A stretch of 64,000 bases of DNA from contig CACLXU010000002.1 of assembly GCA_902610995.1 (NCBI GenBank), forward strand, positions 64,036 to 128,035, given 5' to 3'. Source of the stretch: an uncultured SAR86 cluster bacterium (lineage in GTDB: Bacteria > Pseudomonadota > Gammaproteobacteria > Magnimaribacterales > TMED112). Positions 54,696 to 63,530 of the stretch are shown here, in pieces (the stretch's first letter is position 1; each line of letters opens with the position of its first letter). The notes beneath the pieces are model-generated. The model was not told where the DNA came from and searched no databases. It was given only the letters and a program-made list of their open reading frames with translations. A program made the translations under genes and the position numbers.

Positions 54696-55217
54696 TTACC
54701 CTTTCTGCTCTTTCACTGCTACGAGTGTTCGAGCAAGTTTTGAAGGAACCTCATTAATAAGAGATGCAATTTTACCTAAAGGTGCCTTCAAAAGTCCAGC
54801 AAATTTTGAAATAGCTTCATTAAATGTTGGTAAATTAGCTAATTTATCGATTTCCGACGCATCTAGATGCATTCCGTCAATAGATAAACCCTTGATATCA
54901 AGGTTTTTATTTGCTTTTGAAAACTTTTTTAAGATCTTTGCTGCAGCACCAGGTTCTTCGTAAGAAAAAGCGAGCATTGTAGGACCATTAAGATAATCAT
55001 CTATCCCTTCATAACTAGTCCCCTTTAAACCTCTCTTAACAAGAGAATTTTTTACAACCCTAAACTTTACGTTAGCTTTAAATCCTTCTGATCTAAGTTC
55101 TGATGCTTCTGATACTTTCAAACCACGTGCATCAGCTAACACTAGCGAAGAGGAATTCTCTGCTAAATTAGCTACTTCAGTAACAATCTTCTTTTTTTCT
55201 TCTATATTTAATGCCAT
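54696..55217 (-). CDS. rplJ: 50S ribosomal protein L10
   Basis: I start it at MALNIEEKKKIV (Met7 of the track ORF), matching the E. coli MALNLQDKQAIV. Confidence 0.95.
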   Translation of the reverse strand: MALNIEEKKKIVTEVANLAENSSSLVLADARGLKVSEASELRSEGFKANVKFRVVKNSLVKRGLKGTSYEGIDDYLNGPTMLAFSYEEPGAAAKILKKFSKANKNLDIKGLSIDGMHLDASEIDKLANLPTFNEAISKFAGLLKAPLGKIASLINEVPSKLARTLVAVKEQKG

Positions 55218-55312
55218 AACAAATATCTTTTTCAAAGAATAGATAATAACTAATGAAACTTAGAAACTATCTATGAAGGAAATTAAGCAATGCACCTTCA
55301 GTCTTTGATGTC
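55218..55312 (-). promoter_or_regulatory. rplA-rplJ spacer, a possible L10 leader or promoter
   Basis: A 95-nt spacer. The minus strand can form tgaagg-N15-ccttca. This is the position of the L10(L12)4 autoregulatory leader in E. coli. No covariance model was run. Confidence 0.3.
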
Positions 55313-55996
55313 TCAATATTGAGAAGCGTCAATTTTATACCCTGGACCCATAGTTGTCGAGAGATAAATGTCTTTTATGTAAATCCCTTTTGATGAAGCT
55401 GGTTTTAGACGCTTTAGTTCATCAATAAAAGCATCTAAATTTTCTGAAATTTGCTTCTTATCCATTTCCACACTTGCAAATGTTCCATGAATTACACCTT
55501 CTTGGTCTGCTTTGAATCTTGCTTGACCATGTTTAACGTCCTTTACCGCTTTTTCAATATTTTCTGTAACAGTTCCTGATTTTGGATTTGGCATTAATCC
55601 TTTCGGACCTAAAGTTTTTGCAAGTTTGCTTACCGATTTCATTTGTGATGGGGTAGTAATTGCAACATCAAAGTCAATTGGATCTTTGGAATATTTTTCA
55701 ATTAGGTCATCGGCACCAATAAAATCAGCACCTGCCTTTTTAGCCTCATCTGCTTTATCTCCATCAACAAACGCTGCAACCACAACTTTTTTCCCTAAAG
55801 TATTTGGAAGTGTAATTGAGCCTCTTACATTTTGGTCTGATTTTTTTGGATCTATACCAAGCCTTACTGAGATATCAATGGATTCCTTAAAGTTTCTTTT
55901 TGGTTGTGCAATGATAAAATCCAAAGCCTCATCAGTTTTGTAAGATTTTTCTACATCATACGATGTAAGCGACTTCTTGAATTTTGATTCTTTCAT
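55313..55996 (-). CDS. rplA: 50S ribosomal protein L1
   Basis: 227 aa with FKESIDISVRLGIDPKKSDQNVRG. Confidence 0.97.
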   Translation of the reverse strand: MKESKFKKSLTSYDVEKSYKTDEALDFIIAQPKRNFKESIDISVRLGIDPKKSDQNVRGSITLPNTLGKKVVVAAFVDGDKADEAKKAGADFIGADDLIEKYSKDPIDFDVAITTPSQMKSVSKLAKTLGPKGLMPNPKSGTVTENIEKAVKDVKHGQARFKADQEGVIHGTFASVEMDKKQISENLDAFIDELKRLKPASSKGIYIKDIYLSTTMGPGYKIDASQY

Positions 55997-56422
55997 TTAC
56001 TTGACCTCAATACCCATGCTTCTAGCTGTGCCAGATATTACCTTAATAGCAGCATCAATATCATGACAATTTAAGTCTTCCATTTTCATTTCAGCAATTT
56101 CTTTGACTTTATCAACTGAGATCTTTGCCACTTTGTTCCTATTTGGTTCACCACTTGCCTTATCAATCCCAGCAGCTTTCTTAAGTAAGACTGCAGCAGG
56201 AGGTGATTTTGTTATAAAGGTGAATGATCTGTCTTCAAAGACTGTTATTTCAACAGGAACTTTAATTCCTTTTTCTAATTCTTTTGTTTTCTCATTAAAC
56301 GCATTACAAAAATCCATAATATTTAAACCATGTTGTCCAAGAGCAGGCCCAACTGGAGGGCTTGGATTAGCTCCACCTGCCGGTACTTGGAGTTTGATTA
56401 TTGTCATTACTTCTTTTGCCAT
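55997..56422 (-). CDS. rplK: 50S ribosomal protein L11
   Basis: 141 aa with [31 protein letters not shown]. Confidence 0.98.
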   Translation of the reverse strand: MAKEVMTIIKLQVPAGGANPSPPVGPALGQHGLNIMDFCNAFNEKTKELEKGIKVPVEITVFEDRSFTFITKSPPAAVLLKKAAGIDKASGEPNRNKVAKISVDKVKEIAEMKMEDLNCHDIDAAIKVISGTARSMGIEVK

Positions 56423-56949
56423 TATGCTTTCTCGACTTGGGAAAAATTAAGTTCTACTGGTGTAGATTTTCCAAAAATACTAACGGAAACTTTAATAAGA
56501 TTTTTTTCGTAGTCAACCTCTTCGACAGTTCCATTAAAATCATTAAAGGGTCCATCATTGATTCTGACTGTCTCACCAGATTCAAAAACAGTCTTGAATT
56601 TTGGAGCCTCAGTTGCTTCATCAACCCTATTCACTATGTTGTTAAGCTCTCTCTCTGTAAGAGGTACTGGCTTATTTCTAGAACCTCCAATAAACCCCAT
56701 TACATTTGGAGTTTTTCTAACAAGGTGCCAAGTGTCATCATTCATTTCCATTTGAATAAGCATGTATCCTGGAAAAAACTTTCTTTCTAGTTGTTTTTTT
56801 TGACCTTTTTTAAGTTCAGTTACCTGCTCTGTAGGTATCATTATTTCACCAAAGCTTTTTTTAAGTCCTGATAAATCAATTCTCTCTTCGAGAGCAAGTT
56901 TTACTTTCTTTTCACAGTTTGAATATGCTTGAATGACGAACCAATTCAT
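56422..56949 (-). CDS. nusG: Transcription termination/antitermination factor NusG
   Basis: 175 aa starting [16 protein letters not shown], with a C-terminal KOW ([21 protein letters not shown]). Confidence 0.96.
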   Translation of the reverse strand: MNWFVIQAYSNCEKKVKLALEERIDLSGLKKSFGEIMIPTEQVTELKKGQKKQLERKFFPGYMLIQMEMNDDTWHLVRKTPNVMGFIGGSRNKPVPLTERELNNIVNRVDEATEAPKFKTVFESGETVRINDGPFNDFNGTVEEVDYEKNLIKVSVSIFGKSTPVELNFSQVEKA

Positions 56950-56951
56950 GT

Positions 56952-57299
56952 TTATCCCAATATGAAGCTTGATAAGAATGACAATAGGGTATCGAGACCC
57001 CAGAAGACCAATGCAAGAATAAGTATCATTATTAAGACAATTACTGACATTTGAGTAGTCTCACCTCTACTTGGCCAAACCACTTTTGCAACTTCAGATC
57101 TTGCATCACCAATAAGCTTTACTGCTCCTTTACCAAAATTTGTCTGCGAGAGTAGGCCTAGTGAAGCAATTAGTAATCCAACCAATAATAAAACTCTATA
57201 AAGCAAACCAAGGTTTTCTAGATATGTAAACAAGATTACAGCAGAAAACCCGGCAATGACGGATATTGTCCAAAGAATTTTATTTACTGTTTCGTTCAT
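56952..57299 (-). CDS. secE: Preprotein translocase SecE
   Basis: 115 aa, 3 TM segments, with EVAKVVWPSRGET. Lies upstream of nusG. Confidence 0.9.
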   Translation of the reverse strand: MNETVNKILWTISVIAGFSAVILFTYLENLGLLYRVLLLVGLLIASLGLLSQTNFGKGAVKLIGDARSEVAKVVWPSRGETTQMSVIVLIMILILALVFWGLDTLLSFLSSFILG

Positions 57300-57309
57300 G
57301 GTCTAGTAA

Positions 57310-57385
57310 TGGCAGGCCTGGAGGGAATCGAACCCACAACCTGCGGTTTTGGAGACCGCCGCTCTGCCAATTGAGCTACAGGCCT
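57310..57385 (-). tRNA. tRNA-Trp (anticodon CCA)
   Basis: 76 nt with acceptor aggcctg/caggcct, anticodon arm gcggt-ctCCAaa-accgc, T-loop GGTTCGATTCC and an encoded CCA. Confidence 0.95.
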
Positions 57386-57398
57386 TTGCAGTCTCCTT

Positions 57399-57426
57399 AT
57401 TATAAATTTTCAAGAAACTATGACAA
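57399..57426 (-). promoter_or_regulatory. Candidate sigma70 promoter for tRNA-Trp-secE-nusG
   Basis: On the minus strand: TTGTCA (57426-57421), 16 nt, then TATAAT (57404-57399). It sits 13 nt upstream of the tRNA 5' end. Confidence 0.5.
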
Positions 57427-57430
57427 ATTA

Positions 57431-58618
57431 TTAGTCAAGAATCTTGAGAACAATACCAGCTCCTACAGTTCTACCACCTTCTCTAACAGCAAAGCTTAAG
57501 CCCTCTTCCATGGCGATTGGTGCTATGAGTTCACAGTTTAATTCATCAACTGTATCTCCTGGCATAACCATTTCCACACCATCAGGAAGGTTTACTTCAC
57601 CTGTTACATCAGTAGTTCTGAAATAGAACTGAGGTCTATAACCTTTGAAGAAAGGTGTATGTCTACCGCCTTCTTCTTTGCTTAAAACAGTAATTTTAGC
57701 TGTAAATTTCGTATGTGGGGTAACTGATCCAGGAACCGCAAGAACCTGTCCTCTTTCAACAGCATCTCTTTCTGTTCCTCTTAAAAGAACACCACAGTTC
57801 TCACCAGCTCGACCTTCGTCAAGAGTTTTTCTAAACATTTCGACTCCAGTACATGTAGTTTTTGAAGTTTCTTTAATCCCAACAATTTCCAACTCATCAC
57901 CAGTTTTAACAATTCCTCTTTCGACTCTTCCGGTAACCACAGTACCTCTTCCTGAGATTGTGAAGACGTCTTCAATAGGCAATAGGAATGGTTTATCAAT
58001 TGGTCTCTCAGGCTCAGGGAAGTAGCTATCAAGCGATTTAACTAGCTCAACAACACTCTCTACGTATTTAGCATCACCTTCAAGAGCTTTTAACGCACTT
58101 CCTCTAATGATTGGTGTATCATCACCTGGGAAATCGTACTTATCTAGAAGCTCTCTAACTTCCATCTCAACAAGCTCTAGAAGTTCCTCGTCGTCAACCA
58201 TATCAGCCTTGTTTAAGTAAACAACAATATTTGGTACTCCAACCTGCTTTGCCAAAAGAATATGTTCTCTTGTTTGTGGCATAGGACCATCAGCAGCACT
58301 TACAACCAATATAGCTCCATCCATCTGTGCTGCACCTGTAATCATATTTTTTACATAGTCAGCGTGTCCTGGACAGTCTACGTGAGCATAGTGTCTTTGA
58401 TCACTACTATATTCAACATGTGAAGTTGCAATTGTGATACCTCTTTCTTTCTCCTCTGGAGCATTATCAATACCTTCAAAAGCGACTGCTTCACCACCAA
58501 ATGTATCTGCACAAACCTTAGTTAATGCAGCTGTTAACGTTGTCTTACCATGGTCGACGTGTCCTATAGTACCCACGTTGATGTGTGGTAAGCTTCTATC
58601 AAATTTTTCTCTTGCCAT
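57431..58618 (-). CDS. tuf: Elongation factor Tu
   Basis: 395 aa with [18 protein letters not shown]. Its context (tRNA-Thr upstream, secE downstream) is tufB-like. Confidence 0.99.
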   Translation of the reverse strand: MAREKFDRSLPHINVGTIGHVDHGKTTLTAALTKVCADTFGGEAVAFEGIDNAPEEKERGITIATSHVEYSSDQRHYAHVDCPGHADYVKNMITGAAQMDGAILVVSAADGPMPQTREHILLAKQVGVPNIVVYLNKADMVDDEELLELVEMEVRELLDKYDFPGDDTPIIRGSALKALEGDAKYVESVVELVKSLDSYFPEPERPIDKPFLLPIEDVFTISGRGTVVTGRVERGIVKTGDELEIVGIKETSKTTCTGVEMFRKTLDEGRAGENCGVLLRGTERDAVERGQVLAVPGSVTPHTKFTAKITVLSKEEGGRHTPFFKGYRPQFYFRTTDVTGEVNLPDGVEMVMPGDTVDELNCELIAPIAMEEGLSFAVREGGRTVGAGIVLKILD

Positions 58619-58634
58619 AATTCCCTCTACTGTT

Positions 58635-58710
<76 letters not shown>

Positions 58711-58775
58711 GCATATCATATACCCTAAACCATAAAGCTTCAACCATTATATACCTTTTATAAATCGGGTTGAAA

Positions 58776-58860
<85 letters not shown>

Positions 58861-58874
58861 AAGTAGGAAAAGAT

Positions 58875-58902
58875 ATTATCAACTTAGAAATTCTATAGTC
58901 AA
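58875..58902 (-). promoter_or_regulatory. Candidate sigma70 promoter of the tRNA-Tyr/tRNA-Thr/tuf unit
   Basis: On the minus strand: TTGACT (58902-58897), 16 nt, then GATAAT (58880-58875). It sits 14 nt upstream of the tRNA-Tyr 5' end. Confidence 0.5.
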
Positions 58903-58920
58903 TACATATATAATTCATCT

Positions 58921-59472
58921 ATGAAACATTTTGTGAGCGGTAGAAATTTATTTGATTCATATCCCGATAATTCATCAGAAATAATTCTTGGAGCTGGTTG
59001 TTTCTGGGGAGTTGAGAGAGTATTTTGGCAAACCGATGGCGTTTGGGTTACACATGCCTCCTATTGTGGCGGCCACAGACCTAACCCCAATTATGAACAG
59101 GTTTGTACTGGAGTTAGCGGTCATGCTGAAACTGTTAACGTAATATTTGATACACAAAAAATCAGTTTAGAAGAAATACTTAAAATCTTCTGGGAGTGTC
59201 ATGACCCAACCCAAGGAATGCGACAAGGAAATGATGTCGGTAGTCAGTATAGATCAGCGATTTTTTGTAAAGATCAAGCACAACTTGATATTGCAATTAA
59301 ATCCAAAAACAAGTTTGAAGCAATTCTTCAACAGTCAAACTTCTCGAGCATTACTACAGAAATAAGTATTCAAGAAGTTAGTTATCCTGCAGAGGATTAT
59401 CATCAACAGTATCTGGCCAAAAACCCTGACGGTTATTGTGGCATCAAAGGTACTGGGTGTGCCTACCTATAA
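58921..59472 (+). CDS. msrA: Peptide methionine sulfoxide reductase MsrA
   Basis: 183 aa with the GAGCFWGVE active-site motif and HDPTQGMRQGNDVGSQYRS. Confidence 0.95.
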   Translation: MKHFVSGRNLFDSYPDNSSEIILGAGCFWGVERVFWQTDGVWVTHASYCGGHRPNPNYEQVCTGVSGHAETVNVIFDTQKISLEEILKIFWECHDPTQGMRQGNDVGSQYRSAIFCKDQAQLDIAIKSKNKFEAILQQSNFSSITTEISIQEVSYPAEDYHQQYLAKNPDGYCGIKGTGCAYL

Positions 59473-59474
59473 AA

Positions 59475-59496
59475 AAAGGAGGCCGCAGCCTCCTTT
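59475..59496. terminator. Bidirectional intrinsic terminator hairpin between msrA and the convergent gene
   Basis: aaaggaggc-cgca-gcctccttt. An A7 run lies upstream, which gives a T7 tract on the minus strand. The T-tract on the plus strand is weaker. Confidence 0.75.
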
Positions 59497-59514
59497 AATG
59501 TTGAGCTCTTAATT

Positions 59515-60243
59515 TTAGTCAGGATTATATTCTTTAACCAAATATGACATATGAGATCTTAGGAAAGTTCTATGTTCAGAAACTCGAGCATTGTATGCTG
59601 CGAATTCTGGTGTCATTAGATAGTTATCTAAGAAATTAAGTGCCAACTGTGGGCTTGCAAATGTGCACCATACGTTGTGGGTGATGCCATTGCCATTATT
59701 CCCAAGAATATGCTGTTGGACACCGCACGCATCTGCATTCCAATCATAGTTTTCAGCACTTTTTGAAAAATCCTTCCAAGCAGCAAGAAACTGAACCGGA
59801 TTGGACACATTTAGATCCCAATTCACAGTCACAAGTTCTGAACCTGCATCATCAGAAATATTTGCTGCAATATGTCTTGTTAAAGACTGCATGATTAATT
59901 CTGCACCAAGTTTATTCATTGTATTTCTGAACATAAGGCCTGCTCTGGAAGTTGAATAAACATTTCCAGCCATAGCATACTCATCTGCATTCTTATAATA
60001 AAAAGAGACCTGATGTGTAGCTCCGTTCCACCCTTGATGCTCATATGCATAGAAATCAACTTCAAGATTCATGGCTTCAACTTCTGCTGATCCCATATAT
60101 TTATCAAACGCTTCAAAACATTTTTCTGCTTGTTCACATCTGAATGAATAATGGGCTTGATACTTTGAAAAATTTGCTGGCAACTCGTCAGCAAACATTC
60201 CAAACATAAATAACGATAAAAAAAGTAAAGATAATTTTTTCAT
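59515..60243 (-). CDS. Secreted protein of unknown function with an internal two-fold domain repeat
   Basis: I start it at MKKLSLLFLSLFMFGMFA (a signal peptide), preceded by GGGA. The track ORF starts at an upstream TTG. The two halves share F..A.K...SAE and NG[AI]TH[QN]V motifs. Confidence 0.7.
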   Translation of the reverse strand: MKKLSLLFLSLFMFGMFADELPANFSKYQAHYSFRCEQAEKCFEAFDKYMGSAEVEAMNLEVDFYAYEHQGWNGATHQVSFYYKNADEYAMAGNVYSTSRAGLMFRNTMNKLGAELIMQSLTRHIAANISDDAGSELVTVNWDLNVSNPVQFLAAWKDFSKSAENYDWNADACGVQQHILGNNGNGITHNVWCTFASPQLALNFLDNYLMTPEFAAYNARVSEHRTFLRSHMSYLVKEYNPD

Positions 60244-60349
60244 ATTAGTTCCCAATTAATATTTAGACATTTCATACTAGCAATGAAAATAAATTTATTG
60301 AATACTTTCTTAAAATTAAATACTGGCTTTAAAAAAATACGGATTCATG

Positions 60350-60355
60350 TAAAAT
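60350..60355 (+). promoter_or_regulatory. Candidate -10 element (TAAAAT) for tRNA-Thr(UGU)
   Basis: TAAAAT lies 10 nt upstream of the tRNA 5' end and is preceded by TG. There is no convincing -35. Confidence 0.3.
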
Positions 60356-60365
60356 TTGCATTCGT

Positions 60366-60441
60366 GCCACCTTAGCTCAGTTGGTAGAGCAACTGATTTG
60401 TAATCAGTAGGTCGTCAGTTCGACTCTGACAGGTGGCTCCA
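60366..60441 (+). tRNA. tRNA-Thr (anticodon UGU)
   Basis: 76 nt with acceptor gccacct/aggtggc, anticodon arm actga-ttTGTaa-tcagt, T-loop AGTTCGACTCT and an encoded CCA. Confidence 0.93.
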
Positions 60442-60539
60442 AATCTGGGTTCCCTAACTATCTTTGCTGAAAGCTCACAAATGTATTTTCATCCCTTAGA
60501 TTAAATTAAATTATGTCATATATTTATACGTTTAAATAA

Positions 60540-60562
60540 AAAGGCACCAAAATGGTGCCTTT
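60540..60562. terminator. Intrinsic terminator hairpin, usable on both strands
   Basis: aaaggcacca-aaa-tggtgccttt with T-rich flanks on both strands. It lies 21 nt past the stop of the 60584 gene. Confidence 0.7.
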
Positions 60563-60583
60563 AATTTTTAATTTAGTAAAAAT

Positions 60584-61300
60584 TTATCTAGTTATAGTCC
60601 AACCAGTTTGTCTGTACCAAAGCTCTTCCTCTTCAAGCTCAGCAACAAAATTTACCATTCCATCCTCATTGAAACCAATTCTAGTGATGGCATATTGTTC
60701 AGCATCTACACCGGATTCAGCATCTTTAAATTTTCGCCAATGCAATACATATGCTGAGCTCTCACCTGCCACAGCTTCAATCACATTGTAGTCAATCATA
60801 TTGCTACCCCAATCCTCTGCAGAAGAACCATTGATGCCAACCAACCAATCAGCTTTAACAAATCTTGGATTTACAACACCCAAAGCCAGCTCAAGATCCA
60901 ACTCGCTGCCATTACGCAAAACAGTTATTGAGGATACATCGCCAAGCTTTCTTGGACCAGGTTCAGCATCTTGCCAAGCACTTTCACCATCAATGGAAAG
61001 CACTACGTCACCAACCTTCATCGCTGCTGCAGCTGAGCTCCCTTCAACCGTGCTGGTAATGGTGTTGGGGTTTTCGCTTTGAGGATTGTAATAAAATCCA
61101 AAGCCGACAAATCTATCAGGATAATTGTATCCGTCATCAGCCATATGCTTTTCAACCATAGATGCAAAGGCATCTCTTCCCTCATAACCAGCACTCACCA
61201 TAGCTTTTGCAATGTCAGCCATGTTCCCAGGCTTATGATCATCTGCTGGCAAGAAAAATGTTGAAAATATTGCTATCAAAAATAAGAAAATTCTCTTCAT
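60584..61300 (-). CDS. Secreted PDZ-domain protein of unknown function
   Basis: I start it at ATG 61300 (MKRIFLFLIAIF), with GGAG 5 nt upstream. The track ORF uses GTG 61306. It has a signal peptide and PDZ hallmarks (GFGF loop, VEGSSAAAAMKVGDVVLSIDGES, ITVLRNGSELDLEL). There is no protease domain. Confidence 0.75.
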   Translation of the reverse strand: MKRIFLFLIAIFSTFFLPADDHKPGNMADIAKAMVSAGYEGRDAFASMVEKHMADDGYNYPDRFVGFGFYYNPQSENPNTITSTVEGSSAAAAMKVGDVVLSIDGESAWQDAEPGPRKLGDVSSITVLRNGSELDLELALGVVNPRFVKADWLVGINGSSAEDWGSNMIDYNVIEAVAGESSAYVLHWRKFKDAESGVDAEQYAITRIGFNEDGMVNFVAELEEEELWYRQTGWTITR

Positions 61301-61355
61301 AATCACTCCAAAAGTTTAATCTTGATTATACATAATTTAAATTTAAGACAATTGA

Positions 61356-63371
61356 TTAGTTATTTAAATATTTGGCATACCAATTGAGATAACTATCCAT
61401 TCTATGAATTCGGTTGCTAGGTTTGCTTAACCCATGATGTTCACCAGGGTAGATTAATAACTTTGTATCAATGTTGTTATGTCTTAGGGCTTGATACATT
61501 TGTTCTGACCCGATAAGAGGAACATTAAAATCTTTTTCGCCCACCAAAAATAAAGTTGGTGTAATTATGGTATCTGCCTCAAAAAATGGATATGAAATTC
61601 TCATCCATATATCTAGATTGTCCCAGGGCGTTCCAAGCTCATCAATGTATTCTCTTATGTAATGGTCGTCTCCAAAGCCACTCAAGATATTCGAGATTCC
61701 TGCTCCTGAGGTAGCTGCCTTAAATCTGCTATCGCTCGCTATCACATAGTTCGTCAGCATGCTGCCATAACTCCATCCGCCTATGCCTAGCCTGTCAGGA
61801 TCAACGTATGGTTTTTCCGAAATAAAATCAGCTGCAGCAATTATATCTTTTGCATCTACATTGCCCCAATCTGCATAAATTGCTTTCTGAAATTCTTCCC
61901 CTCTGCCGCTACTGCCTCTAGGATTGATTGCCAAAACTAGATATCCGTTGGAGGCAAAGATCTGCCATTCCATGCTAAAACGTACACCATACTGACTGAC
62001 TGGCCCTCCATGTATTCTAATTAAAAGGGGGTATTTTTTATTTGGGTCAAAATCATGGGGTTTGGTCAAAAGCCCAAAAATCTTAGTACCATCAAATGAT
62101 TCAAATGATATGATCTCAGTCGAAGCAATATTTTTGGTCTTAAACAATTCGTTATTATCTATAACTTTGCTGATGACATTATCACTTAATTTAAAAATTG
62201 ATTTTGGCTCTTTTATAGAAGAGCTTTCAAAAAGCAAATCATCTCCACTAACCTCATAACGAGAAATATACATATCCTCAGGAGTAATCTTTATGATTTC
62301 ATCTTCAAAAGAATACGAAGCTAATTGATTTTTAAGGTTGTCCTCAATTAAAAAATATAAAGTCTTAGAATCGTATGACCATCTGGGAGAAGTGGTATTT
62401 CTGTCTAAACTTTTTGTAAGGTACGTAACCTCTTTGCTGGCAATATCTACCACCGATACATGATCGATTGCGTACCAAAGAAGTTCAGGCTTACCGCCAG
62501 CAATGTAAGCAATCTTTTCAGAATCGTTACTCCATTGAAGTCCGCCTGCAGACCATCCTGCTGAATCTGAACCTAAATCAAAGGTCAGTTGAATTTCCTT
62601 TGTAGGGTCGTTTAATTCTCTATAGAAGAGGTCTGAATTGTTATGTCTGTCAGAGTCTTCTTTTTTTGTGACATAGGCAACGAGTTTCCCATTTGGAGAC
62701 CAGCTTGGAGATTGATAGCTCCTATTATCATTGGCAAAAGCACTTATTTCTCTTTTTACTAAATCTGCGATGTAAAGATGGTTTGTTGTATCCTCCAAAA
62801 AACCTTGGCGATCTTGTTTGAATTGATAGCGATCAATTTCAATTGGTTTAGTTTTATCTTTGGCCTCTCTTTCGGTGCCAACAAAAACAATTTTGGTTTC
62901 ATCTGGAGAAACATCAAACCCTCTTATACTTCCGTCATATCTAGTGATTTGTTTTCTTATGCCAAAAGGCAGTGTTTTTTTCCAAATCTGTTGAGTCCCA
63001 CGAAGTGCGCCAGCGCCTTCTGCAGTATAAAAAATATGCTTGCCAGCGTGACCAAGCTGTACATTAGAGTATGATGCTCTCTTGTCAAAAACCTTAATCT
63101 CCTTGCCACTGACAAGATTTTTTAAAAATAGTGATGATTCATAAGATTTTCGATCTTTTGAGATTTGCGTCTTTTCATAAAGAAAAATTTCTCCTGACGG
63201 CAGCACATCTACAATGCTTGGTGGTTGTAAATTTAAAAGATCTGCTGTTGAAATATTGGCTTTATCATTACAAAACAAAAGGTTTGAAAATAAAAGTAGA
63301 GAAAGAAATAGTTTAAAAAACTTAGACAATGTGATTTTCTCTGGATTTCTCAGCGGTATGTATAATGCCAC
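61356..63371 (-). CDS. Prolyl oligopeptidase family (S9) serine peptidase with an N-terminal beta-propeller
   Basis: 671 aa with IHGGP, the GGWSYGS nucleophile elbow, and C-terminal GEKDFNVP and PGEHHG. The start is uncertain: the track uses GTG 63371, and TTG 63329 would give a cleaner signal peptide (SKFFKLFLSLLLFSNLLF). Confidence 0.88.
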   Translation of the reverse strand: MALYIPLRNPEKITLSKFFKLFLSLLLFSNLLFCNDKANISTADLLNLQPPSIVDVLPSGEIFLYEKTQISKDRKSYESSLFLKNLVSGKEIKVFDKRASYSNVQLGHAGKHIFYTAEGAGALRGTQQIWKKTLPFGIRKQITRYDGSIRGFDVSPDETKIVFVGTEREAKDKTKPIEIDRYQFKQDRQGFLEDTTNHLYIADLVKREISAFANDNRSYQSPSWSPNGKLVAYVTKKEDSDRHNNSDLFYRELNDPTKEIQLTFDLGSDSAGWSAGGLQWSNDSEKIAYIAGGKPELLWYAIDHVSVVDIASKEVTYLTKSLDRNTTSPRWSYDSKTLYFLIEDNLKNQLASYSFEDEIIKITPEDMYISRYEVSGDDLLFESSSIKEPKSIFKLSDNVISKVIDNNELFKTKNIASTEIISFESFDGTKIFGLLTKPHDFDPNKKYPLLIRIHGGPVSQYGVRFSMEWQIFASNGYLVLAINPRGSSGRGEEFQKAIYADWGNVDAKDIIAAADFISEKPYVDPDRLGIGGWSYGSMLTNYVIASDSRFKAATSGAGISNILSGFGDDHYIREYIDELGTPWDNLDIWMRISYPFFEADTIITPTLFLVGEKDFNVPLIGSEQMYQALRHNNIDTKLLIYPGEHHGLSKPSNRIHRMDSYLNWYAKYLNN

Positions 63372-63489
63372 TTTTTGTCTTATATGGTTTAGCTTTAATA
63401 CCTTTGGTTCCTTCTTTCAAAACAAGAAAACCAGTCATTGCCATCAATGACATAAGTCCACAAAATCCAACTAGAATGTATTGCAACAT
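63322..63489 (-). CDS. Candidate 55-aa single-pass membrane protein
   Basis: Below the track cut-off. My translation is MLQYILVGFCGLMSLMAMTGFLVLKEGTKGIKAKPYKTKSGIIHTAEKSRENHIV. Its stop overlaps the alternative TTG start of the peptidase (TTGTCTAA). There is no clear SD and I recognise no homology. Confidence 0.3.
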   Translation of the reverse strand: MLQYILVGFCGLMSLMAMTGFLVLKEGTKGIKAKPYKTKSGIIHTAEKSRENHIV

Positions 63490-63530
63490 TCTATTATCTT
63501 ATTACAAATGTGCTCAAAAATAAAATTCAC

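Noticed and set aside
54181-54963. A 260-aa plus-strand ORF
   Set aside because: It is antisense to the rpoB 5' end, rplL and rplJ. It stays open only because the Ala/Gly-rich L7/L12 hinge and AT-poor codons lack reverse-strand stops. It shows no start context and no recognisable domain.
55242-55256. A Fur-box-like string GATAATAACTAATGA in the rplA-rplJ spacer, and GATATTATC at 58872-58880
   Set aside because: These are only partial matches to the 19-bp Fur consensus, and such strings are expected by chance at this base composition. The context (r-protein and tRNA promoters) is implausible.
60442-60539. The ~100-nt stretch between the tRNA-Thr(UGU) 3' end and the terminator hairpin, as a small RNA or peptide gene
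   Set aside because: It holds only 7-8-codon ORFs and no evident secondary structure beyond the terminator. I cannot support a call from sequence alone.
60256-60583. A possible integrated element at tRNA-Thr(UGU)
   Set aside because: There is no integrase, no direct repeat of the tRNA 3' end that I could find (only ctccaaa at 61311), and no mobility genes. Only compositional hints remain, and these are reported separately at low interest.
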